In this document: positions 63,927 through 64,000 of the stretch, piece by piece
How the letters are laid out: every line of letters starts with the position of its first letter
Numbering within the stretch: position 1 is the first letter of the stretch
Notes under the pieces: generated by a model
Database searches by the model: none
The model's input: only the letters and a program-made list of their open reading frames with translations
What the model was told of the DNA's origin: nothing
Assembly: GCF_009914755.1 (NCBI RefSeq)
Contig: NC_060935.1
Reading direction: 5' to 3' (one strand)
DNA length: 64,000 nucleotides
DNA from: the human T2T-CHM13v2.0 reference genome, Homo sapiens
Program-made: the position numbers and the translations under genes

Positions 63927-64000
63927 TATTAGATTGGATCACACAGAACTCCAGGCCAGAGATAAGAATGTTCAAGGAATGGGCAAATATATGGTAATTG

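Overview
Primate (human or great-ape) genomic DNA, about 70-75% interspersed repeats by eye, with no confidently identifiable host-gene exon. The T/G-rich + strand and mostly antisense older L1/Alu copies suggest an intron of a large + strand gene. The main structure is two independent nested LINE-1 composites, 163-7147 and 54460-61595, about 54.6 kb apart and in the same orientation. In each, a full-length young L1 (L1PA3-like and L1PA2-like respectively) has inserted into an older truncated L1 at exactly the same nucleotide, GACTGGATT^AAGAAAATGTGGC, near the end of ORF2. The TSDs differ (13 vs 18 bp), as do the 5' junctions. Both inserted elements carry T>G at the base next to that cut site, so they lack the site themselves. 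The four copies also share several other apparently non-consensus variants, suggesting a recurrent endonuclease hotspot plus local gene conversion. Also present are an L1-mediated processed retrocopy of an ERV1 transcript (R-U5-PBS-leader-polyA with TSD, 18606-20078), a MORF4L1 processed pseudogene (12205-13885, -), a MER11 solo LTR, a near-full-length Tigger1 with a flipped 5' TIR, and many Alu/MIR/L2/MaLR/DNA-transposon relics. Subfamily names and 'consensus' comparisons come from memory of the families, not from a database search.
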